A DNA stretch of 64,000 bases from Heteronotia binoei (taxonomy: Eukaryota). Where the stretch lies: NCBI RefSeq assembly GCF_032191835.1, contig NC_083223.1, forward strand, positions 252,464,001 to 252,528,000. Direction: 5' to 3'. Positions 22,848-35,200 of the stretch are shown here, piece after piece. The notes below the pieces were generated by a model. It searched no databases. It saw only the letters and a list, made by a program, of their open reading frames with translations, and had not been told where the DNA came from. Every line of letters starts with the position of its first letter. Position 1 is the first letter of the stretch. A program made the translations under genes and the position numbers.

Positions 22848-23361
22848 CTGGGGAGAATGTGACTTTCCTACAATCTGCTCTCTAGAGTTCAAGATGAGCC
22901 CCACAAGCCTGCGTAATGACCTATCACTCGCTGCATTGTGCCTTAATTATCACAAGCATGGTTACATGCATGTGCATTAGAGACAAGGGATTGGATCCCA
23001 ACTAAATTTCCCATCAGTTAAAAGGACCATTCCTGCAATCTCCACTACATGTTGCTCCTGAGGGATAGGCGACTTTTAGACATAACATGAGGGGGTCTGC
23101 TGCAGGAAGTGGAAATAAGCCTGAGGAAAGAGAATGCTAGCAACTGACATTCTGTCTCCTAATCAAAAACAGGAAGCACACAGAGAGCCTGATTTATCGG
23201 GACAGGCGATAAAAGTACAGCTGACACTCTGGACCATCATACTTTGATGACCATCAAGGACCTGTGACCAAGATGCCTGCACCACTGCTATCCCCAGCAC
23301 CTTTTTTAAAATTACCCTCTTAGACTGGGGGCCCTACATGGGAGTACACAGCATTTGAATA

Positions 23362-23721
23362 TAGGGTTGCCAAGTCCAATTCAAGAAATATCTGGGGACT
23401 TTGGGAGTGGAGCCAGGGTAGGGGTAGGGGCACCTTCTTTTGGGACTCATTGAATTGGACCCCATTGTCCAATCATTTTGAAACCTGGAGGGTGCTTTGA
23501 GGAGAGGTACTAGATGTTATGCTGCAAATTTGGTGCCTCTACCTCAAAAAAACAGCCCCCCCCTGATCAATTTTCCATTATATCCCATGGGAATCAGTCT
23601 CCATAGGGAATAATGGAGTGCCCAGCAGACATTTCCCCCGCACTTTCTGATGTTCCTGAAGCGAGGGGAGGGCCTCCAAACCAGGGGATCCCCTGCCTCC
23701 ACCTGGGGATTGGCAACCCTA
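23362..23721. mobile_element. hAT MITE (TAGGGTTGCCA family)
   Basis: TIRs TAGGGTTGCCAA / TTGGCAACCCTA; perfect TSD TTTGAATA. Confidence 0.9.
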
Positions 23722-24417
23722 TTTGAATATCTGTGCATGCTGTCTGCACTATGTGAAGTCTGAAGCTGAAACAGAGGATCTAGATAGGTGACCAACTAGA
23801 TATTTGTGCTGCTCAGGTGCCAGAAGGAGCCATCCTGGTGGCTTGTTAATTTCCTAGTCTTTTTCTGGGACTTTCCCCCATTGGCTAAACAGTAGCTTGC
23901 ATACTCAAGGCAGATATACATCCACCTCTCCCCTTGCCCCATGGGTTGCGGTGGTTCTCACCAGCTCCAAAAAGGACAGTTTGTTCCCACCACAAAAGGG
24001 CACAACAGGGGCTCCGCTTATGGCATTACCCAACCACTGATCTTTCACTAGCCTTGGCAGTGGTGCAAGATTTAGAGAGAATTACATCACATGCAAGGGC
24101 GGGGGGGGGGAGAACACAAACCACTGTGGCAGGGAAGCCAGTTTAGAGAGGAGAGAAATAATGGAAGGAAGCAGGCTACAGTGAGAGAGCCTGTCAAACT
24201 TTCCAGATTTGGCTTGGTGCCTAGGAAGGGTAACCAGAAAAGGTCAAGGATTGTCATTGCTTGTGAGGCTCATGTTTAAGTTTGCAAGGCTTGCACAGGG
24301 ACATTTCCTGATATGCTAGAACCAAATTTCTGCTAGTGTAGCCTGCCACCAAAGGTAATTTCTACCCACCTCTTCAGTTCTCATCTGTCCATTTGAAGTT
24401 CCAGCCTGGAAATAAAT

Positions 24418-25115
24418 AAGAACATAAGAGAAGCCATGTTGGATCAGGCCAATGGCCCATCCAGTCCAAAACTCTGTATCACACAGTGGCCAGAAATTCA
24501 CACACACACACACACTGTGGCTAATAGCCACTGATGGACCTCTTCTCCATATTTTTATCTAACCCCCTCTTGAAGCTGGCTATGCTTGTAGCTGCCACCA
24601 CCTCCTGTGGCAGTGAATTCCACATGTTAGTCACCCTTTGGGTGAAGAAGTACCTCCTTTTATCCATTCTAACCCGACTGCTCAGCAATTTCATTGAATG
24701 CCCTTGAGTTCTTGTATTGAGAGAAAGGGAGAAAAGTACTTCTTTCTCTACCTTCTCCATCCCATGCATAATCTTGTAAACCTCTATCATGTCACCCCGC
24801 AGTCGACGTTTCTCCAAGCTAAAGAGCCCCAAGTGTTTTAACCTTTCTTCATAGGGAAAGTGTTCCAAACCTGTAATCATTCTAGTTGCCCTTTTCTGCA
24901 CTTTTTCCAGTGCTATAATATCCTTTTTGAGGTGCGGTGACCAGAATTGCACACAGTATTCCAAATGAGACCGCACCATCGATTTATACAGGGGCATTAT
25001 GATACTGGCTGATTTGTTTTAAATTCCCTTCTTAATAATTCCCAGCATGGCGTTGGCCTTTGTTATTGCAATCGCACACTGTCTTGACATTTTCAGTGAG
25101 TTATCTACCACGACC
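24418..25115 (-). mobile_element. CR1 LINE 3' fragment (antisense)
   Basis: ORF 24521..24997 MPLYKSMVRSHLEYCVQFWSPHLKKD...[11 protein letters not shown] plus CR1 tail. Confidence 0.92.
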
Positions 25116-26259
25116 CCAAGATCTCTCTCTTGGTCTTACAGTCTCCTTTATCTTCCTCCCCCTTCCTTCTTCCTCTTTTATCTGTCCTTTCAAGGACAGC
25201 TCTGTGAGAGCTATGGCTGACCTAAGGCCATTCCAGCCACTGCAAGTGGAGGAGTGGGAAATCAAACCTAATTCTCCCAGACTAGAGTCCACACACTTAA
25301 CCACTACACCAAATTGGCTCTCATTGTGGGGATGGAATTCTAAAGCTAAGGTGCCACCACCAAGAAGGTCCATTTCTGAAGGCAGAACACATAAAGGAGT
25401 TCCTCTGTAGAAGATCTTAACTGCTTGGCAGTTTATTCATTATTCAGGTTTTTAAAGCTATGATTCAAAAACTTCATTTTTAAAGGTTTCACAAGATTTT
25501 TGTATCATTTTAACAGCTTTTAAAATGCAATGTAAGACACAAAGGTATCATATACATGCACTTATCAGAGACATAGGATTAGCTGTAGCTTCCAGTCAGA
25601 TGCAAGCTTGGTCTTCAGTCCAGCAATTTCATTTCCTCCCACAAAACATCATCATAATTATAAAATAGGGTTGTATGAGGGATACAATGTTGTAGGAGCA
25701 AAAATTGCACTTGTGCACTTACTGGAAATTGTTTATAGGAAGTGATAAATGTAGCTCTAGGAACTGCCAGAAACTTTATAGCAAAACCATAGAGCTACCT
25801 TTGTTGCTTCCTATAAAGAAGGAACACAAGGACACATTAAAAATGTATCCTACTGCCACTTGGAACAGTGGTACGCAATGGACCTGGGGTGGGGGATTCC
25901 TCACCTCCACTGGGGGTTTGGAAACACTATTATAAAGCCATCTGAAAAGCTGAATCACAGCAGAAGAAACATAATAAAACCCCTAAGAATGTGTTTTTAA
26001 CTGACATGGTTTTATTTAATCCAGTGACATGGTTTTATTTAATCCAAGATGCCTTGTTGCAATGGAAATAAGTGTGGGTGTGGTGTGTGAATATCGAAGA
26101 CACAATCGGATTAAGTCATTTCTTTAGTCACACTTAATTGCCAGGTTTTGAAGTCTGGAAGCAAGTTTCACAACTGCAGCAGGCTTTCAAGGCATTTCTC
26201 CACTTCTCCTGTGCATACCTAAAAGTATGTGCACATGCGTGCCCAATGTGGCACCCACA

Positions 26260-29200
26260 CTATCCACGCTCACAAATGACCTCGATCACACTCTGTTCCA
26301 TGGGTACAGGGTCCAGACAGCGGTGAGCTGTGCTGCCTACAATCTCGTCCAGCAAGAAATGCACCAGGTTCTCATCAGAAACAAAGCGCCACAGGTAAAG
26401 TTGCAGGTAGTAACAGTCTACTTGGATCTGCTGCAGGCCGAAGCGACCAAAAGTGCGCAAACGGACACACTCTAAAAACGTCTTCAGGCTGATCTTGATG
26501 ATGCCAGTCAGCACAGAGACCTGGATGAAAGCCGACAGGCAGAGGTGAAATGTACAAGCTGATTTGTGAAACTTCCAACATTTCCTGTGGCACCTTAAAT
26601 ACTTAGTTTTATTGTGGTGGAGACTTTTATGGACTAAAGCCAGTTCATAAATTGCATGAATTGTCTCTTCAGTCAACAGCTAACATACACATACATGGCT
26701 ACAGAGGAAAAAAGACACACGATACAAGAGGTGTATTTCTATAAAGCTTGAGTCCATTCAAGGTAAGCACCCACAGTGACTATTCATAACAGTGACAATT
26801 TGTTAGTTGAGTGGTCCTCATCTGATTGCAAACCCACCCAGAGCTGCATTTTCCACCACTTTTTGGAACAAGGTTGCCAATTCTGGGTCGGGAAATTCCT
26901 AGAGACCTGGGGATGGAGACCTGGGAGGGCAGGGCTTAAGGAGTGGAGGGGACTTAATGCGGATATGATGGCATGGAGTCAACCTCTAAAGCTCCCAATT
27001 TCTGCAGAGGAACTGATCTCTGTCATCGGGAGATCAGCTGTAATTCCAGGAGAACTTCACCTGGAGGTTAGCAACCTTGTTTTGGAAGGATCTGCACATG
27101 GAGAGACAATAAAGGTTCCACACCTCCTACCTCTCATTGCAGAGAGGAGGAGGAGGAGCAGCAGGATGGCAAGGCCAGGTCACTCAGCACTGGAGAAGGC
27201 TTCTCTGTAACACAGGCGGGTCCAGAGACTCTGGCTGCTCCCCTGGCTGTCACATGACATTCTGGCTGCTCCCCTGGCTGTCACATGACATTGTGACATT
27301 CTGCTGTGTCCTTGCAGCTTATGGGGTCCCATGCGCTTCCTGAAGTCAAACATGGTTACTGAGTCCGGAAAGGTTGAACACCACTGCCCAGGGCTTTTTT
27401 TTGTAGCAGGAACTCCTTTGCATATTAAGCCACACACCCCTGATGTAGCTAATCCTCCTGGAGCTTACAGCAGGCCCTGCGCTAAGAGCCCTGTCAGCTC
27501 TTGGAGGATTGGCTACATTGGGGTGTGTGGCCTAATATGCAAAGGAGTTCCTGCTACAAAAAAAGGCCTGCCATTGCCTAAGTCAACTATGAGAACAATC
27601 CTAAGAAGCCTTTTCAGAATCCTACTCAAGTGTTCAATGGTGATTACTTTTAAATACATTAACGGGTTTTTATGATGTTAAATTTAAGTTTTATTGTTAA
27701 ATTTAAAGTTTTTACACTTATTATTGTATTGTATAAGATGTTGTTAGCCGCCCTGAGCCTGCCTTGGCGGGGAGGGCGGGATACAAATAAAATTTCACCT
27801 TACTGTAGATTTGAAACAAATATTTTAAGGACACTCCAACATCTATTGGACAGAAGGCTGCCCCGCCACTGAAGGGGAAAACAGACACTTGCTTGGGAGT
27901 GCTGCTTCAGCACCCAATCACCTTTGTTTCAGATTTTGGAGGGAAACACAGCAGCAGGTGAGTTCTGCCTCATGGAGGGAGCAGTGAGAGCTCAGGTCTG
28001 GCTCAGGAGAAGAGCAGAGAGAATAAAGGGTAGTTCTGCTTGGTAGTGCAACAAAATTATTTCCAGGAAAGCATCCTTAGAATTGCACTCTGCATCTGCC
28101 AACTGACAATGCAATGTTTGCATCTGATGAAGTGTACCCATGAAAAGTGATGCTACAATGAATCTGCTAGTCTTTCAGTCACTACATAGTTCATCCCCAC
28201 TCTGATATGGAAGCACATGGGTGACTTTGGGCCAATCACACTCCCTCTCAGTCTAGCCAGTTCCCACGGGAGATAAAGGAGGGAGTAGATTTTAAGGACA
28301 CTCCAACATCTATTGGCTTCAGGCAGGACTGGCCCTGCTCCTTCCTCCCTTAACAGATAACTCTTTATGCCCCTGCAGAGAAGCCCCATCTGGGTGTGTT
28401 AATATTCCTGGACTGTACAAACTAAGAATAAAATGAGCTCAAGGCAGATGTGCCCTGGCAGCACCCTCACCTTGTTGAACTCCACAGGGCTGAAGATATC
28501 GATGCGCTCGGAGAACAGCTTCTGGATATTACTCAGCAGGTTGGTATCCATGGGGGCACTTGGGGACAGGAACAGAAAGAATGAATTTATCTAACAGTCA
28601 TTCACTGAGTTGCTTAGAGAGAGCAAAGGATCATCTCCAGGTGACCAAGCAAAGAGACTCTTGGTAAAGGCAAGGCATGTGGACAATTGTATTTAAATAC
28701 CTCTGGTGTCTACTCTTACACAGTGTTCCAGAATTAATTTAGAACATGTAAAATGGCTGGAGATGAAGGTAGATCTAGGGAGAAAGACCCAATAGCTGTA
28801 GGCCCAATCTAAGTTGATGAAGTGGGGACTCCCCTCCTGGCATCCAACACATACAAGGAAGGTCAGAGAACTCCCACCTGCCCTGCTCACCTGGGCGTGT
28901 AGCTGGGCGCATAGCGACTCTGCTGCCGGGAGCTGCTGTACACTGAAAAGGTTCTTTTGCTGGAGTCGCTGCTCTGTGCTTTACGCACCCCTTCTTCATA
29001 CAGAAGCCCAACCTGAGATGGGAGGCAACATTTGGGAGATGGGAGAAGGGAGTCAATAAAGTGGAGGCAGACTAGCATCTGACTGCATCAGGTCTCTGAA
29101 ACAAGCCCTGCTGGGTCTTGATGAGGCTTCCTGAAAGCATAGCTTCCTGATCTCAGAGACTGGATGTGGCTACTTAGTGGCAAGTGCACAAACTTTGCAC

Positions 29201-32200
29201 AAGCTCACTGTAGAGATGTTAAGGCCTGGGGGGGGAAAAACTGGGAAAATTTTTTTTGGGGGGGAACCAACATTTTTCCCTTAAAGCTTCCCCCCCCCCA
29301 ATTTTTCCAATGCAAAAATAGGAAATTTTGGGAAGCACTGGAAAAAAACCCCTATGAAATATTTTCTTTTTTTCAAATGTGTGAAATGCTTTTAAAGACA
29401 TGGTGGACATGCTGTAGACATATATGCTCTTAAATCCAAGAGGCATTTTTGCACCTAAAAGGATACCTAATCTTATGAGAGAAGCATACAGGACGTTAAT
29501 GGCTTCCTAACAGTTGCGTGCCTTCTGCTGTCCAAACTTTCTGGTAATGTTACATCTCAAGCTCAGAGGCACCCAGAGGGTGAAACAAGTGGGACTCCTT
29601 CATAGCCCACCTCTTCCCACTTCTACCACTATAGGAACAAGAGAACAACTTCGATGAAATTGCTGAGCAGACAGGTTAAAACGGATAAAAGGAAGTACTT
29701 CTTCACCCAAAGGGTGATTGACATGTGGAATTCACTGCCACAGGAAGTGGTGGCGGCCACAAGCATAGCCACCTTCAAGAGGGGGTTAGATAAAAATATG
29801 GAGCAGGGGTCCATCAGTGGCTATTAGCCACAGCGCACGCGCGTGTGTGTGTATATATATATATATAAATTTTTGGCCACTGTGTGACACAGAGTGTTGG
29901 ACTGGATGGGCCATTGGCCTGATCCAACATGGCTTCTCTTATGTTCTCTTATGTTCTTAACCACTTTCTCCCTGATGTTGTAAACAGGCTTTTGGGCAGA
30001 GGTGATGAATAAAGCCCAGCCCCCCCCTTCACCTGCACATCGATGGAGGTGGCATCCTCAACCACACGCTTCATGACGGCACGGACGTTGCGTGGCTCAA
30101 TGGTTGTGATCCAGTCACGGGTCTCCACGCTCTTGCGCAGCATCTGCGAGATGATCAGGCCTTGCACCTTGACGTAATGGTTCAGCAGCTTCTGGGCAGC
30201 TTCACGGGCTTCAGCACACAGCCCCGTCACTGGGGTCACAGGGGAGTGGTCCTGGGGAGGGTGAAGGAGAAGCACAAAATCCCCCATCAAATATGCAGGT
30301 GTATGGCACTTGCTTTTATTGCAAGGCCTTATACCTTGTAAGCCATCTTATGTAGTGCTTATACTTTTAGACACTGTGTTGTCTGCACTGTTGTCTAATT
30401 CTGTAATCCTATTGTACTGGTTGCCTTATGCTGCGCTGCCTGTCTGCATTGGCTTATATCCTATAATCCACTTTGACTCTCAGTGAGAAAGGCAGACAAC
30501 AAAGTAAATACAATTAAAATAGAAGAACTCTGTGTACATTTGCAGCTGTTACATCCACCCACTAAAGCAGGGGTGTCAAACATGCAGCCCGACAGTTGCT
30601 TCCTTCTCCCTCCCTCTTGCTTCCTTCTGCATAACAGCTTGCTTTGCAAGACTTGCTCAATTGCACAGGAGCTATAGAGCAAAACCTCTATTTTCTCCAT
30701 TGGCTGAGGCTCCTCCTTGGGGCGGAAGGGAGGAGGAATAGCTTGCTTTGCCAGGCTCTCTCAATTGCACAGCAGGGCCACTGAGCCAAGCTTTTCTTCC
30801 TTCTACTGGCTGAGGCTCCTCCCCCTCCTAATCTCCTGGGGAAGGAAGGAAAGAGGGGGCTCCTCCCCCTCCTCTTCCTTTGCCCAGTTCCCTGGATCCC
30901 ATGGGAGAAATACAAAGAAAGCACCTTTAAGACCAACAAATACTAATGTTTTAGGCAAGTTTTAAAAAAAAATCTTTGTGTTTGTCAATGTCCTTTATGA
31001 AGTTTACATCTCTACTACCTAGTCTTAAATAGGTACATACATGGCCCGGCCCGACAAAGTCTCATTTATGTCAGATCCGTCCCTCATAACAAATGAGTCT
31101 GACACCCCTTCATCAAGAAATTTTACTCAATGGCTAATTAAATTGTGCACTTCTCTTTCAGTGGGTGTAGTGATGGAGGACTTTCCACTCCAAAATAGCC
31201 AAGACCAAATATCTTGGTGATAAGAATAAAAGGGATCACTCTCACCTTTTGTACTGGCTGGAAAGGCTAGATAGTTAAGGGTTACATGAGCTAGCAGCTT
31301 GCTGACTTGATTTTATCTGTTCAAAATATTTAACCCCACTTTTTTGACTTGGCAAACAGTTCGCAAAGTGACTTCTAAATTCTCTGAAACCATACAATTA
31401 TAAAAGAAAGTAAGCCAACAAAAAGGAATATCAGTACTTTAATCTGAGCCAGTAAAATGTTAACCTCCTAAATGTGACCATCAGAGAAAGAGACAAACAA
31501 GCCTCCAAGGGGGACATTCAACAATTTTTGGTGCTGCCAGTAAAAGAACACAGAGCATCTTTCTGCAGGACAAATCTGAAACTATTTTTGGGACTGCAGA
31601 ATGAACAAGCTGCTGACATAAACACTGGCAGTATAAAATTCTGCTCAAAAAAGCAAATTTTCTGCAGCTAAAACGTGCCCCTGAAATCTCATTCCTAAGC
31701 ACAGAAAATCTTATGCAACCCAACATCTGAGTTTACCATGCATTACCTAAATTATTTTCAGGCAGAACTTTAGAAACATTTTTAAGCAACATTCTCAACC
31801 CGCATACCTGTGGAATCATGGCATAGATAAGCCATGATCACAAAGAACCCAGTTCTGAGCAGAAGGAAATAGAAAGAGCCTTCCCTGGCATATGCTGATT
31901 TATGAGTTACACCCTCCCTGCTCTGGGACAACTTATCCAACAACCTCCCTCCCACACATTTAAAATTCTGAAAGGTGGTAAACGAATTTAGTGAATAAAG
32001 GGGGGGGGGGTAAGAATACCTGCACTAAGAATTGCTCATCAGTCAGTGTGAGGATGTAGCTGATAGTGGAGGTCTCATAGTCCAGGCAGAGGCGGGAGAG
32101 GAGTAGCAGCAGTGCAGGGGGTGTAGACCCACCCTTGTCCCCTGCACTTTCACAGAACTGCCGCGCCGTCTGACAGATTGACTTGATGAAGCTGACAATA

Positions 32201-35200
32201 AGGCCTTCGCGGACACCTTGGCTGCAGAATTCTCCCTAGGAGCATGAGGTGAAGGCCAGTTGATGAAGTGAATACAGATAGCCTAAAAGCTGCTCATGGT
32301 TAATTGAACAACAAGAAGAACACCCCGCCCTTCACTCAGCATCTCAGAGTGGCTTACAATCTTCTTCCCTTCCTCTCCCCACAACAGACACCCAGTGGGG
32401 CAAGTGGAGTCAAGAGTTCTGAAAGAACTGTGACTGACCCAAAGTCACCCAGCTGGCTGCAAGTGGAGGAGGGGGGAATCAAATCCAGTTCTCCCAGATT
32501 AGAGTCCACTGCTTGTAACCACTACACCAAACTGGCTCTCAGCAAGGGCTGATGGGGGCCACTGTCTTGCTCCCGCCTGAGCTGTGTCAAGAAGCAAGGC
32601 TCTTCAACTGTCTCCAACCCACTGTGAACAGGGAAGACAGGCTCTAGCATTATTTCTTCCTTATTATGTACCTGAACACACATGGACCTCCCTTATCCTG
32701 AACCAGGCCAAGGTTCGAACTGTCTACTCAGACTGGCAGTGGCTCTTCAAGGTCTCAGGCTGAGATACCTCACCTGTTGTGTTTTGTTTTTATTTTAACT
32801 GGAGGTTCTGAGAATTGAACCTGGGACCCTCTGCATACAAAGCAGAGGCTCTTCCACTGAACCACATGGCCCCACGCCTTAATATACTATGCACCTCCTC
32901 CTTGCCTTGGCTCATGCAAAGGGACAAGCCGACAAGAGGCTTAATGAGAGGCTCCCTGTAAAGTCTTTAGATGTTGTTCACATTGAGAAAGAGAAGTCTG
33001 AAGAGTTCTTGCAGACCTGATTAATGACAAAGCAGATGAATCACAAAAGAGAGTCCTAAACACTGAGGGACCAACAGGAAGCCTCTGCAGACAGGTTGAG
33101 CCTTTGGACGTCCAGGCGCCTGTTTCTACTGTAAGCTGAACTGGCTGATGTTTGGCACACCTGGCCCTTGTTAGGTGAGGCAGAGGTGGCTTTCCTGAAG
33201 CAGTTGCCCCAGAATCACAGAACTCTGTCCTAAGGGAGGTGTTTCACTGAGCCTTGGCCCCTCCCCTAAAAGGGGCAGCACTTATTAGAGGCTGGCCTTT
33301 TCTATTTGGGAAGGTCAAAATGAAATCCAGAAAGCATGTATATTAACATACGAATATTTCATTTTATTTTATTGCATTTATATCCTGCCCTCCCCTAACA
33401 GGCTCAGGTTGGCTAACAACAATTTTAATTTAACATTGCCTATCTTGGGTTTCTCTGGGCCACTGCAAAACTAAATACACTATAAGAAAATACTTTTAAA
33501 TTTGTTTTACCTTGAAATAAGGCTTGTTGGAGAAAGTGATGTCCTTGGCAGTGAAGAGATGAACGTAGGTGAGCACTGACTTGATCTGGTTCAGGATGGA
33601 AGCCGAGATGGTGCTCAGGAGTTCTGCCAAGTTGGGGCTGTCCTTGCCCATGAGACGGGGGGCTGCCAGTGACTGGCGCACGTCTGTCAGGCAATCCATG
33701 TAGAAGCTCTGCAGGGCCTGGAGGTACTGACGGATGCGCTCCTTGGCTGCGCGCACCACAATCTCTGTGCCTTCAGCTGCTGCCCGAGAGGCTGGTAAGA
33801 GTTTGGCTAAGGCCTGCAGGCGCCGGTGGAAGCGGTCCAGGGCCCGCACCAGCAGTGAGTTGTCCCCCACACCCCTCTCCAGCTGGATGCGCCGCTCCAC
33901 CAGGGCAAAGTAGCGCTCCATCAGGCCATCCACAAAGGTCACCAGCTTGTCACGGGCCATGCGGGCAATCCCTTCAGTGCCCTCCCGGCTGACAAACAGC
34001 TCCTGGTATGAGGCGATCACCAAGCACATGTTGCTGACAAAGCTGTTGCAGCCACGGTCGGTGAATTCGAGGATGTCAGTGGTCGGACCAGAGATACTCT
34101 GCGGCTGCCCCTCCCCCAGCTCGGCCTCCAGGGCCTGAAGTTCAGCCTCTAGACGAGAGCGGGCATGAGAGAGGAATTCGTCACATAGCTCCTCAGCCGG
34201 CTCACCCAGTTGCAGCAGAAGCTCCACGCACTCAGCTAAGTCCTTGGCACCGGAACCCCCATCCCTGAGGAAAAAGAATGAACTCTTACAGCCCATCTCT
34301 GCTACAGTGGATTTAGTAGTTGCACTCTCTCCACACAGAACCCTGGGAACAGTAGTTCTGTAAAGGGCTCTGAGCAGACTACAATCCCCAAGATTCCTTT
34401 GGGGAAGGTGTCCAGCTTCCTGATTCCACCCATTGCCTGGCAGACAAGTCCTCAAGTAGGGTATGATGGCAGTGACCCTTCCTTATTGCTTTCCCCAGTG
34501 GCTCCCGTTTAGTGGCATACTAACGTCTGAACACAGAGGTCATTTGGGGTCTGCCTCTTGAGTTTAAAGTCTCTTGATTTCCAGAAATAAGTATTTTGGC
34601 AGGTTACATACTGGCTCAGAGATTCTACCACTTTAAATGGCCAAACCCAATAACACAGTCCTGTCTACGACTGTTAACCACACGGACTCCCTGCAAAGAG
34701 GACCCTGATGCCTACTGTCCAATGTCATTGCTTACCTGAACTTCTCACGCAGCTTCTGAGCTAGGTCAGCCATGATCTTCTGGCAGTCATCCTGGATGCC
34801 TTGGAAGGAGGGCATGTGCTGGTACTGGTGGAGGATGGAGCGAGCTTTGCTGTAGTAGCGAACAGCCTGTGCATAGGCTTCAAGCTCCACGCACTTAGTC
34901 AGGCGGGCAGGCAGCTCGAAAAGGAACTGCAGCTTGCGCAGGAGTGCGTGCACACCTGGTGAGAGAAGAGAGGAGAGCGGTCAGATCAGAGCACAGCCAT
35001 GGCCATGATGAGAATTCTCTCCTGATCTACATCTTGCCCTATCTGTCTGTTCTCTGCTGCTTCTAAATGAGGTTTTCAATGACCTCCCAATCAAAATACT
35101 GGGTCAAGTTCATGCCTGCACAGCCTCAGGAACACTGCAACAACTGCAATGTCCTGAACATGGTTCTTGGAAAAACCACAGGTAATAGCAACTGAAAGGG

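Noticed and set aside
26521-26676. N-terminal extension of ORF 26260..26676
   Set aside because: It is open intron sequence upstream of the VPS51 exon 10 acceptor at 26521.
27231-27300. 31-bp tandem repeat resembling a repeat array
   Set aside because: Only two adjacent copies with no spacers; an ordinary local duplication, not CRISPR-like.
33496-34455. 319-aa stand-alone ORF
   Set aside because: It is VPS51 exon 5 (34264..33511) plus in-frame intron read-through on both sides.
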